A stretch of 64,000 nucleotides of DNA from Lepidodermella squamata (taxonomy: Eukaryota; Animalia; Gastrotricha), in the NCBI GenBank assembly GCA_047495785.1, contig JBLDXI010000054.1:124001-188000 (forward strand). Reading direction: 5' to 3'. The notes under the pieces are model-generated. The model had not been told where the DNA came from, ran no database searches, and saw only the letters and a program-made list of their open reading frames with translations. Numbering within the stretch: the first letter of the stretch is position 1; every line of letters begins with the position of its first letter. Position numbers and translations under genes: made by a program. Below are positions 62,468-64,000 of this stretch, in pieces.

Positions 62468-62818
62468 ATGTTGAAGCACATATAGCCAGTAAGCTATGCT
62501 TTATTTTTTGTATCTGCCACCTTAATGCACAAATTTTGTCCTCCAATGCAACTTACAAGGCCGCGGAAATACTGACTGCAAATTGCAACATTGGACCAAC
62601 AGCTAATTCGCCGACTGAATACGACGACCAGCCATCAACTTTACGTCTTGTCCTTCAGGTTGACAGGTTTTACGGCGTTAACGACGTGGAGGAATCAGTC
62701 GCATTCAAAGGCGTTCTACAGATGATATGGATAGTTCCCTGTGTTGCGAACTACGTAAACAATCCGGCTAATCAATGGCCAGCCAAATTGAAGAAGCTGC
62801 TACATGAACCGCCAGATA
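62468..62818 (+). pseudogene. 3'-truncated copy of the short-form channel LGIC-S
   Basis: ATYKAAEILTANCNIGPTANSPTEYDDQ...EPPD is nearly identical to 39325-39595. The nearest ATG is out of frame and homology ends abruptly at ~62818. Confidence 0.85.
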
Positions 62819-63102
62819 GCAGGAATTTTATTTACAACATCTACAAGATTGAACAATATCCAGAAAGGATAGTGAGAAGAAGTCTGCTATGAAGAGCAGC
62901 TGAACGTCCGAGTAGGTGTATAAAGATGAAGTTGACACAGAGACAGCCTTGAAATCAGCCGGTTTATAACGGGCGTCACATCTGGATTCTGAATATTGAT
63001 AATTCAACCGAAACTGTCACAAAGCGCCATGGGTTCAAGAAAAGAAAAGAGAGGAGAGAAGAGGGCGTGTCATGGTGACTGTTTAATGAATGTGTGCGTG
63101 TT

Positions 63103-64000
63103 TCAGATTTCAGCATAAAGACAAAAGTAAAGATTAATTCCCAAAACGATGAATAACGCAGCGAATAAGGCCATCAAGTCATAGACACGAATGAGTGGCA
63201 GCGCTCTGAAGCAGCGTAGCAGTTTGATTTCGTTAGAAAGTGTAGCTTCGAAACGATTAGTCATAGCTGCCGAAGTAACAATTTCATACATTGTCAAGGC
63301 CGCAACAGTTGCTGTTAGGCTTAGGATGTAGTTCGCATAGAGAATCTGATTAGAAGTCTCAGGAACGCTGCGCAAAACATCGGACTGTGCGACAACCATT
63401 GACAGCATGATTGTGCAACAAATTGCGGGACGATCTGGGACGGCTGGCTCCATTAGCAGACTGCCGAATCCAAGCAACAGCAAAATGTAGCAAGGAATCA
63501 GGAAATTCACAATGTAGTAACCAGGGTCGCGTTTGAACTTCAATAAGATCTTGACGTATGAAACTTGGGAGGTGACTCTTGATTTCGAAGCCACAGTACC
63601 TCGTTCTGTTTTGTAGCTGTCAAATTCCCAAACGCCGTAATCAAGAGAACCAGCTATATTAACATATAACCCGCCGATCGAAAGAAACTCAGTATTCTCC
63701 TCGAGTTCCATTGTCATGTCACATGTTTGCTGATCGAAGGGAAACGTTGTTAGGTCAAGCTTGCACTTGGTGGCGAAAGTTCCAACTCGAGTCCAATGGA
63801 AAAACAAGGTTCGATTCGGCCGAGTTGGATAGTAGGCAATTTCAATCTTCTCCCCGCAAACCGGATTGGTTATGTCGAAATCGGGAGTTTTGTTAGGGAA
63901 AATCATCGAAGGTCGCCATATGTCAGTTCGCCGGGTTGAAACGAGCCGCTCCTTGTCATCAGCCCCTGGAGCTGTGTAGCTAGCGTCGCAGGTCGAAACC
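63103..64000 (-). CDS. Cys-loop channel L5, channel exon (5' part lies beyond the window); closest to L3
   Basis: Open to the window edge. Cys-loop CKLDLTTFPFDQQTC, M1-M4. The 3' flank also resembles that of L3. Confidence 0.9.
   Translation of the reverse strand, partial: VSTCDASYTAPGADDKERLVSTRRTDIWRPSMIFPNKTPDFDITNPVCGEKIEIAYYPTRPNRTLFFHWTRVGTFATKCKLDLTTFPFDQQTCDMTMELEENTEFLSIGGLYVNIAGSLDYGVWEFDSYKTERGTVASKSRVTSQVSYVKILLKFKRDPGYYIVNFLIPCYILLLLGFGSLLMEPAVPDRPAICCTIMLSMVVAQSDVLRSVPETSNQILYANYILSLTATVAALTMYEIVTSAAMTNRFEATLSNEIKLLRCFRALPLIRVYDLMALFAALFIVLGINLYFCLYAEI

Noticed and set aside
18070-64000. Assigning nAChR, GABA-A or GlyR gene symbols to the channels
   Set aside because: The diagnostic binding-site residues are absent, so no orthology can be supported.

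Overview
Eukaryotic DNA, most likely from an invertebrate animal. The host is inferred from short 45-60 nt GT-AG introns, Cys-loop channels and a class C GPCR; I cannot identify the species. The window is a duplication-rich cluster of secreted and cell-surface genes. The main discovery is a tandem family of pentameric ligand-gated (Cys-loop) channel genes: four complete 10-exon copies, one partial copy and one relic. In each complete copy a single-exon channel module is fused behind a signal peptide, two tandem ~240-270 aa beta-rich domains I cannot assign (each encoded by 4 exons with intron phases 0-1-0-2), and a Ser/Thr mucin-like stalk. The ORF track shows only fragments of this. The window also holds a short single-exon Cys-loop channel and a fragment of it, an intronless GABA-B-like class C GPCR, signal-peptide-bearing ankyrin proteins, two pepsin-family proteases that lack a propeptide, two EGF/beta-sandwich proteins and two double PAN/apple proteins. 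Mobile DNA includes a young Ty3/Gypsy chromovirus with a self-priming (Tf1/Sushi-type) PBS and a frameshifted integrase, a solo LTR, a MULE relic and several MITE/foldback families. Exon models were spliced by eye and need RNA confirmation.
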